Of a stretch of 64,000 nucleotides of DNA, positions 1-12,429 are shown piece by piece (the stretch's first letter is position 1; each line of letters starts with the position of its first letter). The stretch lies in NCBI GenBank assembly GCA_028534125.1, contig CM052817.1, forward strand, positions 93,746,001 through 93,810,000, written 5' to 3'. The translations under genes and the position numbers were made by a program. This DNA is from Lama glama (taxonomy: Eukaryota). The notes under the pieces were generated by a model. That model did no database searches. It saw only the letters and a program-made list of their open reading frames with translations, and was not told the DNA's origin.

Positions 1-599
1 AGATTCTTCTTTCCTCTGTCAGGGATCTCAATTTGTCCTTTTTTTCCCATTAACTCCCAAGTGAAAGTTATAATTTTAACTCCTTTGAAAAGAGTTGTTA
101 TAAGACTGTCAGACTGAAGGAAAAAATAAAAATTAAAGGGGCAGTTGCTTCTGAGAGCTGAAGGTCCTCCCTTCTCAGCAAAGATGGAGCACCTATACAT
201 AGGACTGACAATCACAAATAGAGCATAAATCTGGAGTCATGCACAAATTATATATTCCTTTAATTAGGCTTTAATGAATTTTCTTTAGAGAAAAATTATA
301 TGTTACCATGTGGTCAGCAGAATGATTTGTCCTGTTACCTTTGCCCTATAAAATGGTCACTTGATCTTTAGCAACAAGCCAACACTCACAGAATCTCACT
401 ATTTTGACAACATTTTCAGGGACACAATAACCATATCTACTCTTTGAAGAAAGGCAATGCTGTTGAACTCGGGTAGTAAAATGGATATTAGTACTGGCTC
501 ACCCAGAAACTATTCCCACATCCACCTCCTTCCTTGCTCACAGAATCCCAATTTTGTTCAGGTCTTGCTTATTAAATCTCAACTTTCACCAGGTATCAA

Positions 600-1085
600 A
601 CACTCCATGAGCTTCAAGGGAGGTGGCCGCCTTTTTAGATCCAGCCCCAGCACTAGACCTGGGGGTGAATCACCATTTGTCCAGTTCCTTTGTCAGTGTT
701 TGCTTTATGCTGGGACATGTGATACAGTGCAGGACAATGAGACAGGAGAGGACATCTGGTGAGAGGATTCTGAAAAGAGATGATGAAGAAGAAAGGGCTC
801 CTCTCTGCTCCTGGATATTGTCATGTCTGCACATTGTTATAAAACTGCAGCACCCATCTTGGGACCATGAAGGAAGTTAGCCTGAAAGGAAATGCTGAGG
901 ATGGCAGAGTACAAAGGTGACAGTTAGGTAGAATTCTGATGAAATTATAAAACTGCTGAATTAACGAAACTTGGGATTGTCCTACCTCTGGAGCTCTTGC
1001 TATGTACGATATGAATGTCCTCATTATTTAAGACATTTTAAGTTAGGGTTCCTGATACTTACAACCAAAATCAGCCTAACTAAGT
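600..1085 (+). mobile_element. Ancient MaLR solo LTR (MLT1I/J/K-like)
   Basis: MLT1-type motifs 'gcacccatcttgggaccatgaagg', 'gctgaggatggcagag' and a 3' end 'tttaagacattttaagttagggttcctgatacttacaaccaaaatcagcctaact'. Boundaries approximate. Confidence 0.65.
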
Positions 1086-1329
1086 GATAGTAATATCACT
1101 TTATGAGATGCTCCCTAAAGGCTAAAAGATGTCCATCAATTCGGTGCTAGACTGGAGGCTTCTGCCCTTACATTATAGCATTCCAAGACCTATCCTCCAT
1201 CAGCTTCCAACTCTATAGGCATGTGTTATTATAACTTAGAATGGAAAAGTCATTTAAAGCGTTAGCCAAAATAATAAATATGTCAAATATGAAAAAGTGA
1301 GAGCAATACCTAACCCAGAGAAGACTAGT

Positions 1330-2440
1330 GATAAATAAAGACAGACTTGAATCTGTAGCTTTTTTGTATTTATCATTGTGGAATGCCTAACCAGAACCCA
1401 TCAGAACAAATGAGTCCTTAAAGGTTATCTGAATAAGGCATGTGAGTTTTGAAAACAATATGGGTAGAACAGAGTGATGGCCAGAAATGCCCAAGATGAG
1501 ATGTAATGGGAATAAATGTAAAGTCTTAGATCTCAGTCCTAGAAAAGGCACTGTACAGATTTAGGAAAGAGCTAAAAGGAAGCCCTCATGGTTTTAGTTG
1601 TTCCCAAACTCAGCACACACAAATAATGCTCTGTGGCCACCATAAACATCATGCAATCTTCCTTCTAGACACTGTTGAGTGTAGTGTCTAGATGGTTGAT
1701 TTTTAGCCACAGCTAGATATCAAAATTATATGTCCTTTTAAAAATGCAAATATCTGGGCCCAACTCCAGATGAGTGAATCAGAACATTTTGGAGTTGAGC
1801 CTGGTTTTGTGCATGTTGTAAAATTCCATAGGCAAGAGTCAATGAACTGGTCTAGACTCTAGATCAAGCAAGATCCCCTGAACTGATCTCTGTGTCAGTC
1901 TCATCAGAGGGACTTTATATAGCTCTGGGAACCATGGTTTCAAAGAGACATTTAAAAGCTGGAACTCACACAAAGAAAGCCAAGCAAGAGGATAAGGAGT
2001 CTTGTAATTATGTCATATGATGAGCAGATGAAAGAGCCAAGGATATTTGATGCAGAAGTGGAAGTACTCAGAAGGAACCCATGAAAGAAAACCATAAAGA
2101 CATGCTGGACGCGTCAGATTTGACCCGTGGAAGAGACGCTACTGTTTGCTAGCTTTGAAATAAAGGGGACTAGAGAACTAATACATGAAGTTAGAAGATG
2201 ACAGGTGTCAGATCAACATAAAGAAAACTTTTCAAGCCATTAAATGGTCAACAGTGGAAAGGACTGCTTTGAAAAATAGCAATTTTCTCATAACTGCAAG
2301 TCCCCTCAGGAGGTCAGATGACCGACATTGTGGAACACAAGTACAAAGGCTGCCACAGGGGGATCTGCCCTCAGCAGGAAGTGGACTAGAACACCGCTGA
2401 GGTTATCTTTGACTCTGGGAGTCTACGGTATTCAGAGCAA
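1330..2440 (+). mobile_element. CR1/L3 LINE 3' fragments interrupted by a MER5A-like MITE
   Basis: Degenerate CR1-like blocks: 'gggaataaatgtaaagtctta', 'aaagagacatttaaaagctgga', 'tgtcatatgatgagcagatgaaagag', 'caacataaagaaaacttttca'. Confidence 0.6.
1690..1855. mobile_element. MER5A-like hAT-Charlie MITE
   Basis: Core 'aaaaatgcaaatatctgggcccaactccagatgagtgaatcagaa', with tctaga motifs on both flanks. Confidence 0.6.
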
Positions 2441-2479
2441 ATAGGTCACAGAAAGATCACAGAAACACAGCACAGAAAG

Positions 2480-3240
2480 CAAACTTGGAATTCACCTGTT
2501 AAAGGCCCTTCATTCTACAGATAACAGTTGCTAACACGTAGTAAATAACAACTACATGCACATTATCTCCAATTCTTACGGCCACTCAGAAAGATCATAT
2601 TGTGAGTCTTCTGTTACAGATGAAGAAGCCAAGTTTCTGAGAAATTATCTAGCTTAAACATTTAAATCATTAGTGCAAGAGAGGACTTAAAATACAGTCT
2701 TGACAAAGTCTCTCCTTTTTTTTAACAATAACTCCCAATGACTTCTCAAGATCAATAAAATGAATACTAAACTCCTTATTTTGTGTTCAAGAACTTCTAT
2801 GATTTTTCGCCAACCTATATTTTCAACCTTATGTTTCCTCATTACCCTTAATTCACCTTATGACCCAACTAAACTGAATTACCTGTTTCCTTTTAAGCAC
2901 AAGGTCTCCTCCATTTCTAATACCATTTCTTCTATTCTCCATATCTATAAACTCAAATTCAAGGACCAGTTCCAGTACTGTCTTCTCAAGTCTCCTTCCT
3001 CCTCAATTCAAAGTAAGTTTTCCATCCCTAGAAGCCCCACTGCATTCGATACTAGCTCTCTTGCAGTATTAACTTTCTACTTTGCATTTATTAAGATGTG
3101 TGTGTGTATGATTTACATTATAACAACTTTTGTGTGTCTATTCTTTCCTACTAATCTCTAAAATTTCCCCACTAATTTCCTCCAAACTTGAATGTACCAT
3201 CATGCACATGGTAAACAGTCAGCACTTTTTGATTAAATAA
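2480..3240. mobile_element. MIR and L2 fragments
   Basis: MIR core-like 'ttacagatgaagaagccaagtttctgagaaattat', then an L2 3'-like tract ending 'gcacatggtaaacagtcagcactttttgattaaataaatg'. Confidence 0.5.
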
Positions 3241-3342
3241 ATGAAAAAAAAAATCCTTAAGCCACAAAGAATTTAAATGATTTGCCCAGGATCCCAAAAG
3301 CAGCTTCTACCAGAACCTGAACCTACATGTTCTATATGGTTG

Positions 3343-3345
<3 letters not shown>

Positions 3346-3397
<52 letters not shown>
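3346..3397. repeat. (TTA)n microsatellite, ~17 units
   Basis: Perfect trinucleotide run, read directly. Confidence 0.97.
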
Positions 3398-3398
<1 letters not shown>

Positions 3399-4376
3399 CC
3401 ATGAAGCAATTCTGCTACAAACTTAGTTAACTAGAAACAAGAAAAGAACATGTGCACTTTTGACCAGCTCCCCAAGGGGTAGAAAAGAAAATATAGGCAA
3501 AAATTTTTAGGAGAAGCCCTCTGTTTCCTTTTCTGGAAAAATGAAAACCAGAAAGTCTGTTTTTTGCCATATTTTAATGATATTTCATCTTAAATAATTA
3601 AAGCCAAGATCAAATACCTCACTGAGATTTGTCAGTGCAGTCACTAAACAGTCAACTGCCAAAGTTTGCAAATATCCAGCAACCTACATTTCTAATTAAG
3701 TAGATAGTATCGTGGAGTTGAGAATACATTCCCTGAGCAAATAAATCTGGAAAATGCTGCTCTCAGGCCATCATATTAAGAAACAGCAATAAATCATTTT
3801 AACAGCCTCTCTGCCATGTCACACATGGAAAAGACAAAGAAAATGTCTTTCATCTCAAAAAAGAGATACACAGAAAAGAATGTAAAATCAGGGGACTTAG
3901 AACATATAGCAAAATATCTATTGTGAAAGGTTATTGTTTTAAACAAATTGGCAATTTACATGAATGACCAGCAGGATACTTGAAGTTAGTGTCAACATTT
4001 ACAAAAGACTTCGCAGTCAATTCCAGAGAGGAAATCAATGATGCTGAAGAGCCAAGATACTCTTAAGAAGCAATAAATTATGCTGAACATACTCTCAACA
4101 ACTGACTCAAAAAAATGGAAGTCATGTTATAATGAAGCTCGATATATATGACAACTGAAAAAAAAAGTGAATTTTGTGGTTATAATTATTCCAACTGTTC
4201 TTATGACAAATTTGGTGTAAAACCACTGAAAATAAGTTTTTTTGAACAAACCATGCTCTCTTTCACCTTTGTCCTGGCAGTGGTGTCACCATATCTAAGA
4301 ACCACATTATCAGTTACCACTCTCCACTCCTAATTCCCGTCTGCCTGAATTGCACTTAATCTTTAAGTTTCAGATG

Positions 4377-4450
4377 ACACACACACGCACACACACACAC
4401 ACACACACACACGCACAGGCACAGGCACAGGCACACATACACACACATAC
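4377..4450. repeat. Compound (CA)n / (CAGGCA)n microsatellite
   Basis: CA run, then 'caggcacaggcacaggca', then further CA units. Confidence 0.93.
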
Positions 4451-4628
4451 TCAAGATCCTTCTGAGCCAGGACATATCCACCAGTGTGTTTTCCAGAACA
4501 CAGTATGAACCTAACATAATTTTCATGAATAAGCACGTGTCATAAAAAAGTATTTTTGCTGTGAGCTAAAAAGCATACACATCTTCTTGCACATTTTTAA
4601 CTGTATTCTGCAACATTCTCCATTTCAC

Positions 4629-4733
4629 CTCAGGGACATGGTTGCAGGAGTCCTTGGTCCTTCCACAAGTTGGAAAACTGGTTGCAGTTTGATGCATGGA
4701 TCCCTTATGATACTTCTGCAAATTAATCTTCCA
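4629..4733 (-). CDS. Candidate 105-nt internal exon (unverified, product not recognised)
   Basis: Acceptor cattttctctgttttcaaag and donor GAG|gtgaaa. Length is divisible by 3 and two frames are open (WKINLQKYHKGSMHQ... and GRLICRSIIRDPCIK...). Confidence 0.2.
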
Positions 4734-7700
4734 CTTTGAAAACAGAGAAAATGTATAATATCAGGTACTTTATTTTAAATCGTTACTGGGAAAGCCTTTG
4801 TACACAAAACATCACGATGGCATGTGGTCAAGATGGAGAAAGGGGTCCATTTGAGCATTTATAACATCCTTTTCAGATGACTGGGTCATATATTTTCAAT
4901 TAATTTTATGTTTTTTTAAAAAAATGTTCACAGTGGATCTCATTGTAATCATTGTGAGTGATTTTTACAGCCTGTTCCATATTAGGAAAATTCACTTGAA
5001 AGTCACTGTCAAGCTGACCACACACGTGGGGTATCTGATTGTTTTTGTTTTTCACACATTGACAGAGGATGACAGATTGCACAGTCCTTTTTGTCAGATA
5101 TTACATTAAGTGAATTGCGTTCTGGATGCTATATTAAAATGAAACACTGGGGCAGCTCTGACTTTTCGTCCATTCGAATATGAATCAGTCTCACGTAGGG
5201 ACAGTTAAGACATGCCTTAGCCAATGGCAGAACATAAACCATTTCAAAATCTTTCAGGACACAAGGCCAGCTGTGTAGACATGGAAGTTGGCCAGATTCA
5301 GCTTGCTAACCAAAAATGATCACTCTGATCATCTGTTTCCAACATGAAGCCCTGACACAAATGAATTTAAAACAAAAATGTCTTACATAACTTGAGCCCA
5401 TGGCTCAGGGATCAATGCCATGTGTATAGCATACGCCAGGTGTACACATGCCCACACTTTTTTCATTTGTTCATTCTGAAGCACTCTGTATTTCTGGGTT
5501 AGGTGCTCTGGCCCTCATTCTGCATCCCCACTGGCATTCTGGAAGCATTTTAGAGCCTGTGGGGTTCTTGGAAACACTCTGGTTGATGTTAAAATGAAGC
5601 AAGAGAAATCCCTGACCACACTCACAACAGTTGTCCAACTGCATTCTCGCCAACGTCCCAGCACAAACACAGATGCTCAGGGTTCATGACAGTTCAGAAG
5701 AACTTTGGGAAGGTAGATGATCTTCGTGATTTAAATTCTCAGTGTAACTCTGGGAGCCACTATGGTCTGATGAGATGAGTTCACTCAAGAGTTAAAAATA
5801 GCTGCCCTGAGCTAAGACCCCTCTGGTTAAACCTGGCTTCTGGGACATTGCCAGTAGTAAAGCAATCCTGCAGAAGCACTTTGCAGCAAGCCAGTCCAAA
5901 TTTTTCCATGAATTTCCCTGCCTGGTTAGCCCAGATCCAATCTACTGCTGCATACTGTTCTAAGAGACAAGGAGAATGACTATGTTATCTTCAATCATTG
6001 CAGTCGAATGTAGTTTATATGGGGCTGAGGGGATGAGGGTGGATAACATACATTGCAAGAGGTTGTATAAGCCAGAAGAAAGAATATCAGAATGAGAATG
6101 AAATCTTAGCTTCCAGTTGTGTCATCTTGGAGAATTCATTTAAATTCTCTAAGCATAAATTTCTACCTGCTTGCAACTACGTCCTTACTTGAACCTAAAT
6201 ACTGTGAATATTGGTTCTAAGTTTGCAAGTATATATACTCAAGGTCTTTTTCCAAGTATACTCACTTGTCAGCACTGACGGAAAGCCTTTCAGAATTTTG
6301 CTAATAAGCTCATTAACGCATTTTACTTATGAAATAAGAAGGATGGATTTAAGAGAAATACTATTTCACTATTTATTAATTAATTTCTTCCTTGTATGGA
6401 TTTTAACCCTCAGTAACAAGATGTAACACCAAAAAACAAACAGCAGAACACACGGCAGAGAATCAAGATACTGCCTTTGTGGACAGAAGATGAAGTTTCT
6501 CCAGAGAAACTGACACATAATCGAGAAGGGAAACTGATCTTGAGAATTACAATACAGTATCATATCTTAAGGAAGAACTCTGAAATCATAGATATATTCA
6601 ACTTGGACTTGTTTCTTTTCTAAAGGAGAAATAAAGAATATCATGAGGAAATAGGAAACCTGTAATGTCAAATCAACATAGTAGGTATCTCAAGAGTAAA
6701 AATCATGCCAGAACCAATTTTAACTAAGTTTCAGTTGTTAATGCTTCTGTCTCTCCACAGCTATGGCATTTTCTAAATACAACAACACAAGTTTTGCTTA
6801 GTAAAAAGGAATTTTAAATGGAAAAAAAATCTACATAAAAGCAATATAAATTGTCAACACAGATGAAATTATTCCAATACTTACAGAAAAGAAACAAAAA
6901 GAAAATTCTGTAGGAAATTAACAATTAAACGTATTCATTGACAGCTTCCTAAAAGCTCTAATCTACTATTTAAGATTCTTTGAGCTCATCCAGTTTTAAG
7001 ACGCTTTATTTCAAATTTAAAAAGTTATGACAAAATGCTGATTTTATTATTTAATTTATAAGAGTATAAATTTTTCTTCCCCCCAAAAAAGTTTTATATT
7101 CTCAAGGTATTCTCCATCTCCCTTTTTCATGTGTCAGACAAAATTACATGTGTAAAAAATAAAAAAACTACATCCAAAACATAAACTACATTTAATCTGT
7201 ACTGTGTAAGTAAAAACTTACAAATAAACCAAAAACAACAACAAAAGCTCTCTCCTGACTAAAATTGTTGTGTTCACTTTTTGACCCTTTTAAAATGATT
7301 GTTGAAAAAGTATACGAATGAACACATACATCAAACAGATACTGAAACCCTCAAAGGTCATTTCTTGTTTTATGTAGTAATGAAAAATTCAAGGCAACTG
7401 TCAAAAAATAGCTGGTACAGCACCATACTGGGCTGACATCAAAGAAGCTGTTGATATTATAGTTACTTTCAACAAAAAGTAACTTAGTTGGGGCTCTGAT
7501 GATACTGGAATCCCACCCTGTGACATAACCATCTTATTTTGACAAGAACAAGGAGGAACCAGCTCTTCTCCCAGGACCATATTAAAATTCAGAGAGCCAT
7601 TACTCCTCAAGAGACGTTACTGAGAGACACCCTAGATTTCCAAGAGCTTCTCTATTATACAATACCCAAAGGGTATCCAATCTCTCTATCCCCACCCTTT

Positions 7701-7789
7701 CACCTCCTACTATCAATGATGATCAGATCTATCCTGAGAACAAGAAATCCTTCAGGAAATTTAAGAAACTGGAGACCCTCAGACACACA

Positions 7790-8330
7790 CACCAGAGCAT
7801 GGATGTTGGGGCCAGAGTTGGAGGGTCTTAAATATGCAACTAGGAAGTTGGACTTGGTTAGAAAGGCCACAGGGGACTGCTAACTCATTAAGACAGGGGA
7901 AGTATGTGATCTCAAATTAGAGTAAGTCATCTATGCAGGGGGCAATGAGTAGCCAAGTATTTGAAAATAGCGAAAAAGATTTGGTGCAATGGTTCTCTGA
8001 AATATTCTAGAAAGTCTTTAAGAGATAAATAGGAGATTAAGACACACTGGGGACACAGCCGAAAGGAGTCAGTGTAATGCTGCACAGACCTCAGCCCAAA
8101 AACTGTCATGGCAGATACTGGTTACCTGATAGTGGAGAAAGCAGATAATGGGGTGATTCAACATTAGAGATTAGCAAGGCAATGGAAATGTTGAACTGTT
8201 GAAATGACTAACAGTGGGTCCAGAGGGATAAGCAAGGCTAGTGAAATCTGCAAGGTGCTTATAAGCCAAGATGATAAAGGAAGGAGGGGCTGAAGGACTG
8301 AATTTTAAATACTGTGAACTGTAACACAAG
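7790..8330 (-). mobile_element. L2 LINE fragments
   Basis: Purine-rich degenerate L2-like motifs such as 'gagggtcttaaatatgcaactaggaagttggactt...aggccacagggga'. Confidence 0.45.
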
Positions 8331-9924
8331 AGTCATGGTCACCCAGGTACATCCTGAGTCCTAAGCCACACTGAGTGGTGGACTGCACGAAAACAATCTC
8401 TCCAAACACAACGCAGAAAATCGCACTGGACCAGTAACTCTGATGGTATTTGGAGGAAGAGCTGTACGTCTGTCACAGATGGAAGGTGATATCCCTGTGG
8501 TTGGAATAGGTTGATCTCTGTACCTTCCTCCAATCAACCACAAATCACCTAAGAGCCAGTTTGGTGCAAAACAAAATTAACAACACAGAATTCGTTTTGT
8601 TTAGATTCAGAAAAGTGTACATGATTTTCATTGCTAATATTGTCATAACTCCTATCATTCTGAAGAGAAACATTAACTAAACCAGTCCAATAGGATATTA
8701 TGCCATCTTTCTTTTATTTATGTAACCTGAATTAAAATTTACTGATTATAATCACCTCTCTTTTATAAGCTAAGACCTGAACTCATAAGAAGTGTGTGGG
8801 AAACTGTCAGCAAAAGGTACTAATTTCATGAAAACACAGGACAAATACAGTGTAAATCAAAGCTACCATTCATTTCCAGCTAATAAGGTGCCCTATTTTT
8901 TTTTCCCCCAAAACACATTATTTCATTGAGGTTGGTCTGTTGGTTTTTTCCAGCCCATTAGATTCTCACTTAATGAGATTTTTCTCCCTGAAGAAAATTG
9001 AGATGTTGAATCAGTATAGCCTTCTATAGAAAAGTACAGAGCAGTCTATTTGCATGAACATCCTAAGTTTAGACATTTGGATCAGTGATAGAAATATGTG
9101 GGAATACATTTTCATCTACTCAATCATGTTCTTAATACTTTCAAATTCATTTATGCTGTGTAACAAATATTATTTGTAGGACATAGCCCTTCAGTCAGTC
9201 GTTTACATATTCCACTGCCATGGTTTAAAAAGATTTCCAAACATAGAATAATAACAGAATGAGATGCAAGTAAGTATAAATGTTTGACTCTTATCACTGA
9301 TGCCTATTTAAAAATCACCTGGACTTTTATTAAGTCACTCATGGTGAGTCTGGTAGTCAGCAAAAAGAATAATCTCTTTTCTTATAGAAAAATCTTACGC
9401 AGAATGAATCAGAGTACAGCTAGATTTGAAATGGAACTTAGAGGTCATGTCTATGGGTTCTTAAACTCAGAAGGCCCACAGGTGACGCCAGCCCCAGAAG
9501 TTACACGGGGGAACCATGCACACACTTGTGCACATGCATTTGGAGTGGGGAGAGAGAGGACACTGGGGACAATATACAGAGATTTCAACAGATTCTTAAA
9601 GGATTCTATGGCTCTGAAAGAAAGTGGGAATACTCACTTTCTCTTTCCTCTGCATGAGATTTATTCTCTATATTCTATACATGTAGAGTAAACTCTTCAT
9701 TCTTATTCTACATCTTAGGAAATTGAGACCTAGATGGGGAATAAAGTCACCCAAGGTCATGGAACTACTTAGTGGTTCAGATAATGCTGGACTCCCAGAT
9801 TATGATCAAATGCCCATTTTTCTTCCCACACCACCACTATTCAGAGGACTTCACTGTGAAATCTGAAAAATGGAGCTTTTAACTCCCTTGTTGATTCTGG
9901 TGTCAGACAGGGTTAACAACACTG

Positions 9925-10341
9925 TGTTAGAGACGGCAGATGGATAGATATGAGCCAAGAGTGTAACCTTTTGCTCATTGTGCCCTCATTACAATAAAAT
10001 TAGCCTTGCAGATTAGAAGTGCCCATCACGCACCAACATCATGACACTTCCAGTCCAGACTAAATAAGAACAAAAATCCCTCCTCCACTCGGGAAGGTGG
10101 AGATGGGATGGAAATCAGGGAATACGACCCCGAACTCTTCCCTCCCTGATGAATATTCCGCCCATTCATTTTACACTCCATGAAACCAACTTGTCAAAGA
10201 AACAGCTCAGCTGCTCACCTGAGCCTGCCCACTCTCCCCTTGAAAGCATACTAGCTATCTCTTCATAAATCCTCACTTGACTTTCTTGAGCTCCGTGTCT
10301 CGTCTCTGAATTCTGAGACAAGAACCTCATTACCAGCAACA
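9925..10341 (+). mobile_element. ERV1-class solo LTR
   Basis: Starts TGTT and ends AACA. Near-identical 4-bp flanks (actg/acgg). LTR-like 3' region 'cataaatcctcacttgactttc...ctgaattct'. Confidence 0.75.
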
Positions 10342-10989
10342 ACGGCTCTAAAGGGGTAAAAAAATCAAGAGAAAGTGAAAATAAAAATACAAAAGTATCA
10401 AAAATTAATGAGTGATTTAAACAGTAATTTACTTCTATTTTCCAGAAATGTCATACATACAAAATATGCTTAAATAAACCCATGTGTGCTCATTCCAGCA
10501 GATGACTGGCGATACTGTTAAAAGAGAATGAGACAAAATAATAGCCATGTCTGGGTAGCAGTGTACAGACAAGTATTCCTCTGTTCCTTTATATTTTTGG
10601 CTTCTCTCAAGAACAGATTTATAATTGCCAAGTTTGGAAGCAGGAGAGAGAAATTTAAAAGACACAAAGGAAAAAAAATGGAGTTTTTTGTTTGTTTGTT
10701 TTTTTAAGAATGTCATGTGATCACACCTTCACGTCTCCTCTGTCACTCTTCTGTTCTTTTCCTTCCTCTGGAACAAACGCTCTGGAACTTAACATTGGGA
10801 ATTTACTTGGTGGGGAGAGAAAGTTCAAAGAAGTAATATACCTTTGTACTCCAAACCTAGGGGAGGAATACAAACTTTAATCTGTTAGCTACAAGTTTTA
10901 AACACTGTTGGGGTAGGTGACTTATTCAGCTTGAGACCCTAGCATCTGCCGTGACAGTTACTCAGGATGGAGGGGAGCTCAAGAAATGG

Positions 10990-11190
10990 GCTCTGCAGAG
11001 AGACCATCTGACTTCAAACCCAGGCTCCCTCTCTTTCCAGCCATAAGACCTCAGGCAACATATTTAGCCTTCCTGGGCCTCTGTTTCCAACACAATGAGG
11101 ACAACAGTTGTAACGTGCCTTAATTTGGATTTCCCCAAAACAGAACCTGATGAGCTCTTGTGTGTAAGCAGTGTGCTTGGAAGATGCCTC
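10990..11190 (+). mobile_element. MIR SINE
   Basis: 'ttcaaacccaggctcc...gacctcaggcaacatatttagccttcctgggcctctgtttcc' matches the MIR core. Confidence 0.7.
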
Positions 11191-11352
11191 CGGGAGGAGT
11201 GAGGAGTAACAAGGGAGAGACAGAGCCGCATAGGAGCCAATATTCAAAGCTGCTCCCGCAAGCGATGGAAGCCGGCTTCCGCTGAGACCTCCGAGAGTAC
11301 AGAGAACCTCTTAGAATTGCTGACCCAAAGGCGAGGAGGCTGGAGCACTTAC

Positions 11353-11424
11353 CCACCAGCTCTGGCGCCCCTGTGGTTGAGGGCTGCCCTGGGGATGTTA
11401 AATCCCCCTCACTTTGGAGAGGGT
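11353..11424 (-). CDS. Candidate 72-nt symmetric (phase 1-1) exon, DPLQSEGDLTSPGQPSTTGAPELV (unverified)
   Basis: Acceptor ctgctttctgtcccag and consensus donor TGG|gtaagt. 72 nt, only one frame open, locally GC-rich with retained CpGs. Confidence 0.35.
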
Positions 11425-11489
11425 CTGGGACAGAAAGCAGATTGACACACACAGACCTGAGCTGAAACACTCAGCATGAGTCTGAGCTC

Positions 11490-11780
11490 GCAGAAAACTA
11501 CCTGCCACACCGATGACTGAGACCAGAGTGGAGTCAAACAACAGTGACACGGGGCGCTGAGAGCACTGGCTATGTTATCTACCTCAAAGCCCTGCTGGAG
11601 GGATTTAATAAAGGCATTCATGTTAAAGGGTTAGAACCACATAAAAATCAATCAATCGTGTTAGCTGTGATTATTAGCCTTTTGATATTTATTAACTGCC
11701 TGCCAGATGCCAGGCACACTGTACCCCGTGGCACAAAAATAAGAATAATACATAAGTAATAAATGAATAAACATCACGGA
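11490..11780. mobile_element. MIR 3' fragment followed by an L2 3' end
   Basis: 'tatctacctcaaagccctgctggagggatttaa...catgttaaagggttagaac', then 'atttattaactgcctgccagatgccaggcacac'. Confidence 0.55.
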
Positions 11781-11789
11781 CTCTGCTCC

Positions 11790-12403
11790 TATTACCAAAC
11801 CAAACTTGGGTCAGGAGCGCTAAAGCTAATCTACTGACAGCGGGTTGTGTGAAGGAGAGGGCAGTGTTTACTGCAGGTGCCAAACAAGGAGTGTGAGCAG
11901 CTGATGTTCAAAAGACCCAAACTCTCCAGCGGGTTTCAGGGAAGAGTTTTTAAGGGTAAAGTGAGGGAGGGGAATCACAGGGCGTGTGACCAACTACCAC
12001 AAAATCCTCTGGTTGATGATGAGGTGGGGTCACAGGGGTTAACATTATGAATCCTCAGGCTCCAGCTGGTCTGGGGGGCTATGCGCTCATGGTCACCATG
12101 CAGTTAGTTTCTTCCATTTCTTGGGGGTTTTAGTATCTGTAAAACAACTCAGGAATGTGCATCAAATAATGTTATCTATGTACTTCAGGGAGGAACTAAG
12201 GATTCTGTGACAGCCGCACGGCTGATCCAGTATTTAAATTGTTACCAGTTCTCCTGGCCCAACTGCTACTTTTGTCACTCTTTGTTCACATCCTTTCAAT
12301 CACTAATTCCTGAGCCAGGTTTTTGTGACTCATAAGAGGCAGGCAAAGAACGTGGCGGGGAGATCACTTCTGGGAAAGCCCTATAGGGCCCTGCTCACTT
12401 ATA
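11790..12403 (-). mobile_element. ERV1-class solo LTR (antisense)
   Basis: Begins 'tattaccaaaccaaacttgggtc', contains 'aaagacccaaactctcc...cagggaagagtttttaag' (a reverse-strand TATA-like element) and ends 'ccctgctcacttata'. Confidence 0.65.
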
Positions 12404-12429
12404 TCTCAATCTAGTCAAAGTCTATTAGA

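Noticed and set aside
1664..1692. 10-bp perfect hairpin tctagacact...agtgtctaga
   Set aside because: It is short, sits at a CR1/MER5A junction and is too small for a pre-miRNA.
5618..5690. Minus-strand peptide CWDVGENAVGQL, resembling an RCC1 repeat
   Set aside because: It is bounded by stops within about 23 codons and has no credible acceptor, so it is probably coincidental.
5780..5959. Minus-strand acceptor (ttgtctcttag) followed by an open frame QYAAVDWIWANQAGK...LTLE*
   Set aside because: The peptide is unrecognised and there is no independent support for a terminal exon.
11362..11380. CTCF-like CCACAGGGGCGC on the minus strand
   Set aside because: The spacing is short relative to the consensus, so the match is poor. 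The same applies to the motif at ~32597-32610.
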